Shown piece by piece: positions 24,571-37,272 of a DNA stretch of 52,406 bases. Both the position numbers and the translations under genes were made by a program. Source of the DNA: Octopus bimaculoides (lineage: Eukaryota); assembly GCF_001194135.2 (NCBI RefSeq), contig NC_068987.1, positions 841,594 to 893,999 of the forward strand, given 5' to 3'. Position 1 is the stretch's first letter. Each line of letters opens with the position of its first letter. Under the pieces are notes generated by a model. It saw only the letters and a list, made by a program, of their open reading frames with translations, was not told the origin of the DNA and did not search any database.

Positions 24571-25317
24571 ACGTGTGTGTATGTTTGTGTGTGTGAGTGT
24601 ACATGTAGGTGTGTGTGATGCATTGTATATATTTTGGAATGTTGCAGTTAAAATTTTACATTACTCCAAAGTGGAGAAGCTAGTAGACATTTCCCAATCC
24701 GGGATACAACAGAAAGGCTTCCCATATTTTACACGGCTGCCTCTGGTGCGGCGCTGGTCAAGTTTACCAGGTTATAGTGGTTTCTGGATATAGCGAACGT
24801 TTAACCGTTTTTTCCTTTCCTTACGATTCTTGTTTTAACCGGTGCACAACCATCCAAATGCTTTCGAAATGTTTTAGTTTAGTCAATCTGGGCGGATTTT
24901 CCATCGCACCTTTGACAATAGAAAATAAAAAAATATAATAATCTTTCAGTCATGCTTAAAGTTTTTGAAATAATTTTAAAATATTCAAACTTTGCGTTTT
25001 GCATTCAGGATCGTTCATTACTTTATAATTTTTGAATACATTTCAAATTTTATTAGTTAACGGTCCGAGTCATGCCTGAGTATTTGAAAATTAAAAGCAC
25101 ATACTAATGCAAAACACTGAAACAATATTTTGTGCTTCATACTCGGTCTTATTTGAAACCGTTTACCAAGTTTTCGAAGTTCTGATTTGTTTTCATAAGG
25201 GAAATGTAACAAGAGCGGTTGAATATGTCTACAGTTTATATATTTAGTGTTAAATATTAATGTTTGTCGGGAGCAATATAGAAACAGGATGAGCTCTTCC
25301 AATAAATATGATTTGAT

Positions 25318-25856
25318 GGGACTAATGCAGAATTGCACTTCTCTTTCTTTGAAGAATGCATTGTTTTGAAAAACATTTTTCAGATTCCTACGTTTTAGAT
25401 GTCGGAGATTATGAATATGCAAAAAAAAAAAAAAATTATAATTTCACCCTCACCCAACTTCTCCAATTAAAAAATTTGATTTTGTTCACTTTAAAGAGAT
25501 CGTAGCAAATTGATGAATGTATGCAAATCGAAATTAAATACAGACAAAAACATTAAAGTGCAAAGAATTAGCGTTTTACTTGTGTTTGCCTTAAATAATC
25601 GTAAATAATAATGGAATGGAAATTAAATATACACCATTTGATGAGAAACAAACATTAATGTTTAATAATTAATGATATAAAGTTTAATAAGGGGCTCAAA
25701 TTTCACCCCCTCCCCAATTTTAAATTTGAAACTTTTTTATCCATTTATTTATTTGTCTGTCTTTCTATTTAGTTGTCTCTCCATTTATTCATAAAATATA
25801 TTTGTCAGCTAAATATGGCCGTGTTACTCTTGGTTTTAGCCCCAGGAAGACATTCA

Positions 25857-25929
<73 letters not shown>

Positions 25930-26122
25930 CTTCATACACATATCTTTATGTTTATTGAATTTAAAATTTTGAAAACGTGGTTTCTCGCATATTTTAAATT
26001 GTGGGGTGAAAGTAAAAAAAAAATGCATATTCGTAATCTCCGACATCTAAAACGTAGGAATCCAAAAAATCTTTTTTAAAAAATGTATTTTTCCAGGCGA
26101 GGTGCGATTCTGTATTCGCCCC
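25318..26122. mobile_element. Foldback element / MITE, about 805 bp with long imperfect inverted arms
   Basis: 25383-25421 is the reverse complement of 26024-26062 at 38/39; looser homology extends out to GGG (25318) and CCCC (26122); internal (TCTA)n at 25856-25929; no ORF. Confidence 0.75.
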
Positions 26123-26169
26123 GTTGTGATACTGTTTTCGATTTTTAGGTCAAGGCCAGCAAGTTCAGG

Positions 26170-26328
26170 AGAGTGGAGTACATCAATTACATCGAACCCA
26201 ATGCTCAAATAGTACTCATTTTATAGACCCCGAAAGGATGACCTTGGAGAACTCAGAACATAAAGTCCGAAGAAAAGCTGCGAAGCATTTTGTCCGGCGC
26301 CCTAAAGACTCCTCTGCCAGCTCGCCAC
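26170..26328 (-). mobile_element. SINE family A (internally deleted)
   Basis: Reverse complement begins ggcgagctggcagagg and contains tttcggggtctataaa and gggttcgatgtaattgat. Confidence 0.7.
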
Positions 26329-26432
26329 CATTCGCAGTGTATATATTTTGTGGTAAATATAATTGTTTGTTGGTGGGGATATAAAAACTGGAAGAGAAGT
26401 AAATATGGTTCGCTATTAATGTAAACTCATGC

Positions 26433-26575
26433 AAGGCGGGAGCTGGCAGAATCGTTACCGCGCAGGGCCAAAAATGCTTAACGGCATTTCGTCCGTCTTT
26501 AAGTTTTGAGTTCAAATTCCGCTGAGGTCCACTTTGCTCTTCATCAATTCAGGGTCGATAAAATAAGTACATGTG
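26433..26575 (+). mobile_element. SINE family A
   Basis: aaggcgggagctggcagaatcgtta..ttgagttcaaattccgctgaggtccactttg..agggtcgataaaataagtac. Confidence 0.8.
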
Positions 26576-27218
26576 GAACACCTCCTCGAAATTGTTGTTC
26601 ATGTTCCAAAAAAAAAACAAAAAAAAAACGATATAAACTAATGTAAATATATGACAATGGATTAACCATTTATGTTCTTACATCTTATGGTATTTGAAAG
26701 GGTTTTGAACAGTGTGCAATGCCAGCTTCACTATGAACTACATCTGCAATTGGTAATGGTTCCTTTATCGACCATCCAGCAACAAAAGGCATCCAACAGC
26801 TGCAATATTATTCCTTTGAATTATTATTAGTATTGTTGGCTTCAGATAAAGCTAAGCTTATTGTATAACGTTACTTTTAACTGGAACCAAATAATAGTTT
26901 TAAAAAAAATTGGAGACATCTGACACAAGACAGATAGGTTTTCTTGATGTCTCAGATGCAAAAAGGAAGTCCATTATTTTTTATGAATTTCATTTTGGCA
27001 AAATGTTCGTTCACTGAAGCAGATTACAGGGACCTCATCTGAAATCGCTGGCTCTCATTTTACTTTTGAGCTATCTAACCTGTTTGCACACAATGACAGC
27101 TACGAGTACAATATTGACAACGGTTCTGGAGCAGGTGAAGCTGAAAGTATGAGACAAATGCATAATGTCACGTGGGCTTGCAGTGGAAAATTTCGGTCGT
27201 ATAATTACAACATTTCAG

Positions 27219-28245
27219 AGGTAACGTTAACAACATCCTTGACGTCACATTCTCTTGTGACTTCAGACACATTCTGTCAGTCATACAAAAGAGTAAACCT
27301 GCTGATGAGTTGAGGCATGGCGCAATGTGTTCGATCCTTGGAGACGAAAGGGAAAACTGTAGCATTCTACCAAAATGAAGATTTACATCTAATGGAAGAT
27401 ATCTCAGTTGCCCAGTTTGTAATTGATTTAGTTCAACAGGGGGGGGGGGATAATTGTTCCTTTTGCTATCAATTAGCACTGAGAGCGGAGATGTTGCAAC
27501 AACAAAAATCTGCGAAACAACGACAACACATCCCAAGAAACGTCACTGAAAGTTTATTCAGGACACTCATAAAATTATACAAAACCATGAGTGATTTGTT
27601 AATATGCCATCATGGCTCCCCCATAATGACATTAAGCAGAATATTAATGCTGTCATCATTCAGGTAACAGCTCAATCCACAGGGTACAAGTCAGTTGGCA
27701 CTAGATGGTGTTAATCATGCTACCAGTAATCTAACAGAGTTGTTAAAATCCCTCAAACGCATTGGCGTCCTTCCTCACAATCTATGGCTGAAATCAGGGG
27801 CCACCGTTTACGTTGGCATGATATTTGGATGCACCAGAACTCTAGGACAGGGCACGACTAATTGTCAAGACTGTGACATTCCATGTGATTGAAGCTATAA
27901 CTATGACAGGTTGTGTCAAAGAAGATGTTTTCATTGCATGAGTGCCACGCATTCCATCGGAAATGCTATTTCGTTTCGAGCACCTTCTGCTGTTTCCAAA
28001 GAGACTGTTCTCTTCTATGAGCCTTAATAATTCCTTGGGTGCTACCTGAGGGTTCCAGGCTTCAACTGACAAGACCATATTTCGCTCACGACCAGCTGTA
28101 TGTTGCAGGTTTACGTGTTGAAACAACCAGACATCTTTTCATCAAAGCATCAAATCACAAAACAAAAATTGCTATCTGCCTGCTGGGTTTCAAAGCACAA
28201 AACCACAACACAAGAAATGTCATCTACCCACAAGGTTTTTGCTAA
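27219..28245 (+). mobile_element. Helitron RepHel PIF1-family helicase C-terminal region, heavily decayed
   Basis: SCDFRHILSVIQKSKPADEL (GDFRQILPVI..ADE), ELLKSL..GVLPHNL.LK.GA, RLIVK..HVIEA..MTGC.KEDVFI..RIPSEM.FRF..FP.RL..SMS.N, FAHDQLYVA..RV, TRNVIYPQ..* - the canonical Helitron helicase motif order. Confidence 0.85.
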
Positions 28246-28707
28246 ATAAAATACATTTCTATCAGTGTTAGACCTGTTAAAAAAGAAATAGGATAATAAA
28301 ATAAACCAATTAAAATATAAAACAAGATAGGAATTTCGTAAGTCACAAAAGTAAAAATTATCGAAAAGGGTTGTACAACTGCACACAAAAGCAATCGGCG
28401 CAAAGAACAAATTAACACTTTATCCTCTTGCCGTTGATGAATGAAAGCCCTTCATAGCGTTATTGTGATGACCCTTCTTCTTTCAGCTCTCAGATAGCTG
28501 CTCGGTCAAGGGCTGGAGGACCCTGAGAAATATCTATATCTGGTCATAATTACTTCGGCATCTTACAAAAGATTGTCGAAAGATTAGTGCATGCATGTAA
28601 CGATACCAAGCCGTCTTCCAGTGGAAAACAACTCACAACCAAACATTATACGTTTCAGTGTAAACACACATAGACACACAAACACGCGTATGCGCGCGTA
28701 CGTGTGT

Positions 28708-28990
28708 GAGCCGCGTGGCTCAGTGGTTAGACTATTCAGCACGTAATGTTGTGAGTTCGATATCTGGCAGTTTGTTGTGTCCTTGTGCAAGACACTTTAT
28801 TTCACGTTGCTTCTATCCTCTCAGCTGGCAAAAATGAGTTCAAACTGTATTTCAAAGGGGCAGCCTTGTCACGTTGTGTCACACTAAATCTCCCTGAGAA
28901 CTACGTTAACGACACACGCATGTCTTTGGAGTGCTCAGCCAATTGCATGTTAATTTCACGAACTGGCTGTTCTGTTGATCAGATCAATTG
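28708..28990 (+). mobile_element. SINE family C variant with long 3' region
   Basis: gcgtggctcagtggttaga (A-box), gagttcgatatc (B-box), ttgtgtccttgtgcaagacactttatttcacgttgc..ctcagctggcaaaaatgagt; its 3' part recurs inverted at ~39805-39880 and ~20255-20290. Confidence 0.75.
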
Positions 28991-30419
28991 GAAATCTACT
29001 CATCGTAACTGAAAGAACTCCAGTTTTTGTTATTACTGTTGTTGTTGTTAATAGCATCATATTCAATGTTTATATTGAGTCTACGAAGCTCGCAGTAGCA
29101 GAGCTCTTCAGGACTTGCTACGGTATACCGCTATTATGTCGTCTTCATATATTCATTATGCTAATGAGAAATTTTAATAAGTAACGACAAAATGATACAT
29201 TTTTGATGTTTATTTAACGAGTCCCGTGTTGTCTTGGCTGTGTTTCTTTTGGAGGCATTTTTGTGTCTCTGAATTATAGGATACTTTTTGCCTCCTCTAT
29301 GTATATGTGTTTGTATTGTTCTGTCAAAGTAGTAGTTGTATTTTATTAGATTAGTTCCACCTGTGTTTGTACAGGCCGTTGAATTTCTACGGTGTTTGTA
29401 TCTGTGTGTTCGTTTTAACTGATCGATGTAGTGTACATTTCGTTCAATATGTATGAATGCGTGCGCACATGTGTGCATGTGTATTTATATGTATTTATAC
29501 ATGTGCATATGAGTGTGTCTGTGTGTATTTGCTATGTGTGTGTGTGTATGTGCTGTGTCGATTAAAATAGCATGAGGGTTGTTAATGTAGAGATTTTTTG
29601 AAAGAGGAAAACAGAAGCGATGTTCCTCTTAGGGGTTTTGTAAAGATGCTATTTTAGGGAAGAAGAAATGCAATTTCTCGTATTGCTGTAGACTCATTCT
29701 TTTGGGTAAAGGTCACGTGATTGCTATTCAGCGTAGATCATTCTGATGTTATAATTAATTATGGTGCGAAATTGCTTTTATTCGTCGAGATGTCGTGATT
29801 TCATCAGATTTCCTGTTGCAGATGTTGGCTTGTCATTTATAGTATTTCAGGAGTTATTTCTACATGGGAGGTCATGGTGGACTTTTGCCTTTGTATTTCA
29901 TGGTCTTGTATTATGTGTGCATGTATATGTATGTACTTGTATGTATGTGTGTGTGTATGTGTGTGTGTACGTGTGTGTGAGTGTGTCTGTGAATGTGTTT
30001 CTTTAACGTTTCCTTTGAAACAGTCCGGTACATACGCATTCTTATATATCATTGTTCTCCTCTTGAACGATTCTTCATCGTAAGAAATCTACAGAATTCC
30101 GTTTTTCTTAAACTGGTGGTTAAATTTCCAAGAACTTGTGGTGCGTGATTTGAATTTTGGTCTTTAGGAATCGGACAATCGTTTGGTTCCATTGGTAGTT
30201 AAGACTGAACGTTACGTTTTATAGAATTGGCTATTTTGGGGTTTGTAAGTTCTGCAAATTTTAGGTTCAGGTCATTGAATCTTTCGATTATGTCATTCAT
30301 TCCACAGCTTATCATCTAACAGCACGTTTGTATTTTTACAGGTGAATAGATCATTATTGTACCTATTGCTCTCTTAGTTCATGACGCCTACTACATGTAG
30401 TAAAATATACACATATATG

Positions 30420-31003
30420 TGTATGTATGTATGTAAGTGTGTATGTATGTATGTATGTATGTACGTATGTATGTATGTATGTATATCATTATTCAGTCTT
30501 ATTTCAGGATTTGAAGATTTCTTACCAATACAGTAAGAACCGGTTTCTAACCTAGATCCAATGCTCCTTCATTGGGATTTCAACATCAACAGCAGGGTAT
30601 TTTTGTTTGTATGTATGTATGTATATGTGCAGATTTATACGTTTTATCTGATGTGTCTTCTCATGCATATAGTTGCATATCTAGACCTGTTCATATATAT
30701 TTAAATGATAAACTTCTGGAAAGTTTTACAGATTTTTACAGTTCTAGTGATTGGATCTGTAATCTTCGAATTAACTTTCTCCTTTCTGGATTTGAGAAGC
30801 CTAATTTCTCAAGATTGCTATTTAGGCAATGTGTTACATCTCCCAGGTCACCAATAATTACAGGTATAAACCTGAACTTGTAATCTGGATAGAGTAACTG
30901 CAGATTTCTCAATAGTTCAGCATAGGTGTTCTCTTTTTCACTGATCTTCAGCTTTATGTTAACATCCACTGGGCAGCTAATTTCCACAACTGTGCACATG
31001 TAT
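30420..31003 (-). mobile_element. RLE-type LINE 3' end with 3' UTR and (CATA)n tail
   Basis: CTVVEISCPVDVNIKLKISEKENTYAELLRNLQLLYPDYKFRFIPVIIGDLG..LEKLGF..IRRLQIQS / TVKICKTFQKFII* (stop 30701-30703), then a UTR and a (CATA)n tract ending ~30420. Confidence 0.8.
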
Positions 31004-31029
31004 GTATGTATTGTTTTTTTTTCTTTATC

Positions 31030-31115
31030 CCTGGGACTCATTTGACCAATTATCCGGTTTCTATGGTGCGTAAAGGGACAACATTCCTCTTGAATAGGAC
31101 GCCGGTCTGTTGCAG
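31030..31115 (-). mobile_element. SINE family C 3' fragment
   Basis: Reverse complement gcaacagaccggcgtcctattc..cgcaccatagaaaccgg resembles gcgacggaccggcatcccgtcc..cgcgccatggaaagcgg at 16910-16965. Confidence 0.45.
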
Positions 31116-31134
31116 GGACCAAGACCAGAAATTT

Positions 31135-31300
31135 CGAGGCGAGGGAACAAAGCGATTACATCAACATTAGAATTTAACTACTATTTTGTTTTATCGACTC
31201 CGAAGAGATGAACGGCAAGTTTCACCACAATGGGATTGGAACTCAGGACATAAGAAGCCAGAAGAACTGCTGCTAAGTACTTTGTCCGAGACGCTAAAGA
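31135..31300 (-). mobile_element. SINE family A, degenerate
   Basis: Reverse complement contains ctgagttccaat, cttcggagtcgataaa and gttgatgtaatcgct. Confidence 0.6.
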
Positions 31301-31940
31301 TCCTGCAATCTTTCTCTTTCTCTTTTATATATTTATAAATTGTCATTAAATATCAAATGACGGAGATTGGGCAAGAAACGTGAACCCTGAGGCAGTCCAG
31401 AGTTGAGCGAGAAAAAAAATTACTAGCTACAGAGGCGGCAGCGGTGGGGTCTGGTTAGGAATATTTCCGATTCAAAGAATAAAAAACAGACGGAACTAAG
31501 GAGGTGGAGCGAGTCTTCGGTAGGAGACCCACGTACCACATGTGGCCGAAAAGTTGTGACTATGTCGTTTGTGCCAACATCACTTTTAACGAGTTTGTCT
31601 CAGGCAGGAGACCACAGGTGGACGTATACACGCACAAACATGCCGATACACAAAGTGCACACACAGACATGCATACACACGCACACACAAGACTAAACAC
31701 ACCGCACACGCTCATACATAATATATAACACACACACATATACATATAAACATAATATCCATACACACAAATGCGTATAGACGACTCGATATGACTCTCT
31801 CAGTGAGAAAGTGAAGTGAATAGATTCAAGAGAAATATTGTGTGTATGTGCGTGTTTGTGTAGATCTTTGTGTTTACGTGTGTGTGTGTGTGTGTTTGCG
31901 TGTATGTGTGCGTTTCTGTCAACATCTACCTGTAAGAGGT

Positions 31941-31975
<35 letters not shown>

Positions 31976-32174
31976 CTGCTTGCGTTTCTCTTGTGTGTGC
32001 GTGAGTGCTTGTGTTTGTATTGTGTGTGTGTGTGTAAACGGCAGTGCGTCTGTGAGAGACTTAAATTATAGTATGAGTGCGTGTTTTAGGTGGAAAAAGA
32101 AAGAGAGAAAGAGAGAGAGAGGCAAAGAGAGAGAGGGAGGGACAGTGAGAGGGAGAGAAAGGGAGAGGGGAAGG

Positions 32175-32221
<47 letters not shown>

Positions 32222-32306
32222 AAGGTGATAAACAAGAGTGTGAGTGCTAGAATATGATTAAAGTGCCTGTTAGTTATAGAAACACGAATGTATGCATATA
32301 TATAGG

Positions 32307-32338
<32 letters not shown>

Positions 32339-32552
32339 TNNNNNNNNNNNNNNNNNNNNNNNNNNNNNNNNNNNNNNNNNNNNNNNNNNNNNNNNNNNNN
32401 NNNNNNNNNNNNNNNNNNNNNNNNNNNNNNNNNNNNNNNNNNNNNNNNNNNNNNNNNNNNNNNNNNNNNNNNNNNNNNNNNNNNNNNNNNNNNNNNNNNN
32501 NNNNNNNNNNNNNNNNNNNNNNNNNNNNNNNNNNNNNNNNNNNNNNNNNNNN

Positions 32553-32590
<38 letters not shown>

Positions 32591-34713
32591 GTGGATATAT
32601 ATACATAAATATGTATACAGAGAGTGAGACACACACACACACACGTCACATATATTACTTAGTGCAAACACTATCTGATGTAGTACTCAATACGTTGATT
32701 AAAGAGGATAGATAGAGATACGTTATATTATATCTATATTATAGATATAGATTATTATATCAAAGGTAGGCTGTCTACACTGAATTTAGCCACAGGCTGG
32801 GCTGTGAACGCACACGCATATACATACGTGTGTATATATGTATGCATGTATGTATATGAAAGCAGGAAAGTACAGAAGAAGAGTCTGGAGATGTTTTATT
32901 GGGCGTATTGTGTATGTGTGTGTGTTATTGAGAGAGAGAGAGTGTGTGTCTGCAGAAGGGGGGGGCGTGAGATAGACATAGAGAGAGAGAGAGATAGAAA
33001 GGAACAGATTTAAGGATTAGCATGTTGAGTGAAACAGTGAGAAATTTAGCGAGAGAGAAAGATAAACGACTGTAAAGTAATCTATCTATCTATCTATCTA
33101 TCTATCTATACATGTAAGTATATATATATGAATATATATATATATNNNNNNNNNNNNNNNNNNNNNNNNNNNNNNNNNNNNNNNNNNNNNNNNNNNNNNN
33201 NNNNNNNNNNNNNNNNNNNNNNNNNNNNNNNNNNNNNNNNNNNNNNNNNNNNNNNNNNNNNNNNNNNNNNNNNNNNNNNNNNNNNNNNNNNNNNNNNNNN
33301 NNNNNNNNNNNNNNNNNNNNNNNNNNNNNNNNNNNNNNNNNNNNNNNNNNNNNNNNNNNNNNNNNNNNNNNNNNNNNNNNNNNNNNNNNNNNNNNNNNNN
33401 NNNNNNNNNNNNNNNNNNNNNNNNNNNNNNNNNNNNNNNNNNNNNNNNNNNNNNNNNNNNNNNNNNNNNNNNNNNNNNNNNNNNNNNNNNNNNNNNNNNN
33501 NNNNNNNNNNNNNNNNNNNNNNNNNNNNNNNNNNNNNNNNNNNNNNNNNNNNNNNNNNNNNNNNNNNNNNNNNNNNNNNNNNNNNNNNNNNNNNNNNNNN
33601 NNNNNNNNNNNNNNNNNNNNNNNNNNNNNNNNNNNNNNNNNNNNNNNNNNNNNNNNNNNNNNNNNNNNNNNNNNNNNNNNNNNNNNNNNNNNNNNNNNNN
33701 NNNNNNNNNNNNNNNNNNNNNNNNNNNNNNNNNNNNNNNNNNNNNNNNNNNNNNNNNNNNNNNNNNNNNNNNNNNNNNNNNNNNNNNNNNNNNNNNNNNN
33801 NNNNNNNNNNNNNNNNNNNNNNNNNNNNNNNNNNNNNNNNNNNNNNNNNNNNNNNNNNNNNNNNNNNNNNNNNNNNNNNNNNNNNNNNNNNNNNNNNNNN
33901 NNNNNNNNNNNNNNNNNNNNNNNNTATATATATATATATATATATATATGCATAAATAGATATGTGTGTGTGTATACGATAAAAGTGGTGAGGAATCATA
34001 AAAAAGAATTAGTGCGAAATATGAAGTTGTGAGAAGCAGTTAAGTGTGTGTACTGTATATATATGTATATATATATACGTATATATATATATGTATATAT
34101 ATATATGTATATATATATATGTATATATATATATATGTATACGCATTTATAAATGCAAGTATGCGTACACATACATGTGTACGTGTATATATTGGTATAT
34201 ATACATACACATATCTGTATGAGTGTGAGAGAGAGTGAGTGAAAATTATACAGCCAGAATGCGTGAGATTCAGAGAGAGAGGGGGGGAGAGAGAGAGAGA
34301 AAGAGAGACAGAGTGAGATGCGAGATAGATAAAGAGAGAAAGAGAGAGGGAGAGGGAGAAGGAGAGTGAGTGAAGGAGAAGGAACGTGAGAAGAAGTGAA
34401 CTGCTATGAAGAGTGGAATTGGTAAAGTGTGACAGTCCGGTTTTGTATGGAAGATTGATGCTTAGAACTTTTGTTCGAACTGTTGTTAGATCGGACCAGC
34501 ATAGAGAACCATCTTCACCGGCGGCAGCAGCACTACCCGCCACCACCACCACCACCACCACCGCCACTGCTGCCACTGCTGCCACCACTACGTTCGCCAT
34601 CATCGCGACTAGCGCCTCTACACCACGTGACCACCACCACCTGAAACAGAGAGAGAGGCATCGCCAGAGCAAACACGGTAGCGGCGGCATTGCTAACAAC
34701 AACAACACCAACG

Positions 34714-34757
<44 letters not shown>

Positions 34758-35479
34758 NNNNNNNNNNNNNNNNNNNNNNNNNNNNNNNNNNNNNNNNNNN
34801 NNNNNNNNNNNNNNNNNNNNNNNNNNNNNNNNNNNNNNNNNNNNNNNNNNNNNNNNNNNNNNNNNNNNNNNNNNNNNNNNNNNNNNNNNNNNNNNNNNNN
34901 NNNNNNNNNNNNNNNNNNNNNNNNNNNNNNNNNNNNNNNNNNNNNNNNNNNNNNNNNNNNNNNNNNNNNNNNNNNNNNNNNNNNNNNNNNNNNNNNNNNN
35001 NNNNNNNNNNNNNNNNNNNNNNNNNNNNNNNNNNNNNNNNNNNNNNNNNNNNNNNNNNNNNNNNNNNNNNNNNNNNNNNNNNNNNNNNNNNNNNNNNNNN
35101 NNNNNNNNNNNNNNNNNNNNNNNNNNNNNNNNNNNNNNNNNNNNNNNNNNNNNNNNNNNNNNNNNNNNNNNNNNNNNNNNNNNNNNNNNNNNNNNNNNNN
35201 NNNNNNNNNNNNNNNNNNNNNNNNNNNNNNNNNNNNNNNNNNNNNNNNNNNNNNNNNNNNNNNNNNNNNNNNNNNNNNNNNNNNNNNNNNNNNNNNNNNN
35301 NNNNNNNNNNNNNNNNNNNNNNNNNNNNNNNNNNNNNNNNNNNNNNNNNNNNNNNNNNNNNNNNNNNNNNNNNNNNNNNNNNNNNNNNNNNNNNNNNNNN
35401 NNNNNNNNNNNNNNNNNNNNNNNNNNNNNNNNNNNNNNNNNNNNNNNNNNNNNNNNNNNNNNNNNNNNNNNNNNNNNNN

Positions 35480-35511
<32 letters not shown>

Positions 35512-35997
35512 AATATATATAAGCAAATACAAAGGCACATATATATATATATGTATATATATATATGTATATATAAACACACACATACAGGCACACACGA
35601 ATACACTTAATTATACACACATATATACGCACAAACAGACATAAACGCATTATATATGTTCATTCACACAAACACAAAAAATTAGAAAACACAAACTAAA
35701 AATATTTCCAAACAGGTAAATTACACACACGTACACACACACTGACACTAACACACACTCACGCGCACACACACTGACACGCACATACACTCACACCCAT
35801 ACTCATCCACACACGCACACACACACACACATATATGTACATACATATCCAGGCGCTTAAGCGAAATGCACGTGTTCGAATCCAGGTGCGGATATCGGAG
35901 CCACTAACAACGGTGTGTGACAAACTTACCTGAGGCTGTTGGCATCTGTTGGAGATATTTACCTAACACACGTAAGTACAGCGGCAAAGATTGTTAC

Positions 35998-36064
<67 letters not shown>

Positions 36065-36791
36065 NNNNNNNNNNNNNNNNNNNNNNNNNNNNNNNNNNNN
36101 NNNNNNNNNNNNNNNNNNNNNNNNNNNNNNNNNNNNNNNNNNNNNNNNNNNNNNNNNNNNNNNNNNNNNNNNNNNNNNNNNNNNNNNNNNNNNNNNNNNN
36201 NNNNNNNNNNNNNNNNNNNNNNNNNNNNNNNNNNNNNNNNNNNNNNNNNNNNNNNNNNNNNNNNNNNNNNNNNNNNNNNNNNNNNNNNNNNNNNNNNNNN
36301 NNNNNNNNNNNNNNNNNNNNNNNNNNNNNNNNNNNNNNNNNNNNNNNNNNNNNNNNNNNNNNNNNNNNNNNNNNNNNNNNNNNNNNNNNNNNNNNNNNNN
36401 NNNNNNNNNNNNNNNNNNNNNNNNNNNNNNNNNNNNNNNNNNNNNNNNNNNNNNNNNNNNNNNNNNNNNNNNNNNNNNNNNNNNNNNNNNNNNNNNNNNN
36501 NNNNNNNNNNNNNNNNNNNNNNNNNNNNNNNNNNNNNNNNNNNNNNNNNNNNNNNNNNNNNNNNNNNNNNNNNNNNNNNNNNNNNNNNNNNNNNNNNNNN
36601 NNNNNNNNNNNNNNNNNNNNNNNNNNNNNNNNNNNNNNNNNNNNNNNNNNNNNNNNNNNNNNNNNNNNNNNNNNNNNNNNNNNNNNNNNNNNNNNNNNNN
36701 NNNNNNNNNNNNNNNNNNNNNNNNNNNNNNNNNNNNNNNNNNNNNNNNNNNNNNNNNNNNNNNNNNNNNNNNNNNNNNNNNNNNNNNNNNN

Positions 36792-36828
<37 letters not shown>

Positions 36829-37227
36829 TACATTATGTGACTGTCATCAATAACTTTTGACGGGATGTGTGTATGTGTGTGTGTATGTGTGTATTTACGT
36901 ATGCTGTCAGGTGAAAGTTTTGTATACGAATGCTAAAATGTGAGCTAATTGATGAGTGTGTGTACAAACAATTATGCACACACACACACACACGCACGGC
37001 GCGTACACCAACTAACATGAGATTTTGTTTACCAATAGATCGGTGTATATGTATTTATATATACGCATGGAAACACTACACACACACATAGACACACACA
37101 CACACACACACACATATATGTATATATAATTTAAATATACATATTTATATTTATGCATAAAATACGTATGTATGTACATCTGTATGTATGTATAAGTATA
37201 TGTATAAATACATATTTACATTACACA

Positions 37228-37272
<45 letters not shown>

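Noticed and set aside
31504-31620. ORF start MERVFGRRPTYHMWPKSCDYVVCANITFNEFVSG
   Set aside because: No family recognised, weak splice signals, and it runs into a CA tract.
34413-34757. Ala/Thr/Pro-rich ORF start before a gap
   Set aside because: Built from (CAC), (GCC), (AAC) and (CTA) repeats, with no domain or convincing splice context.
35850-35890. GTTCGAATCC (perfect B-box) suggesting a tRNA
   Set aside because: No A-box or cloverleaf can be folded around it; at most a SINE remnant.
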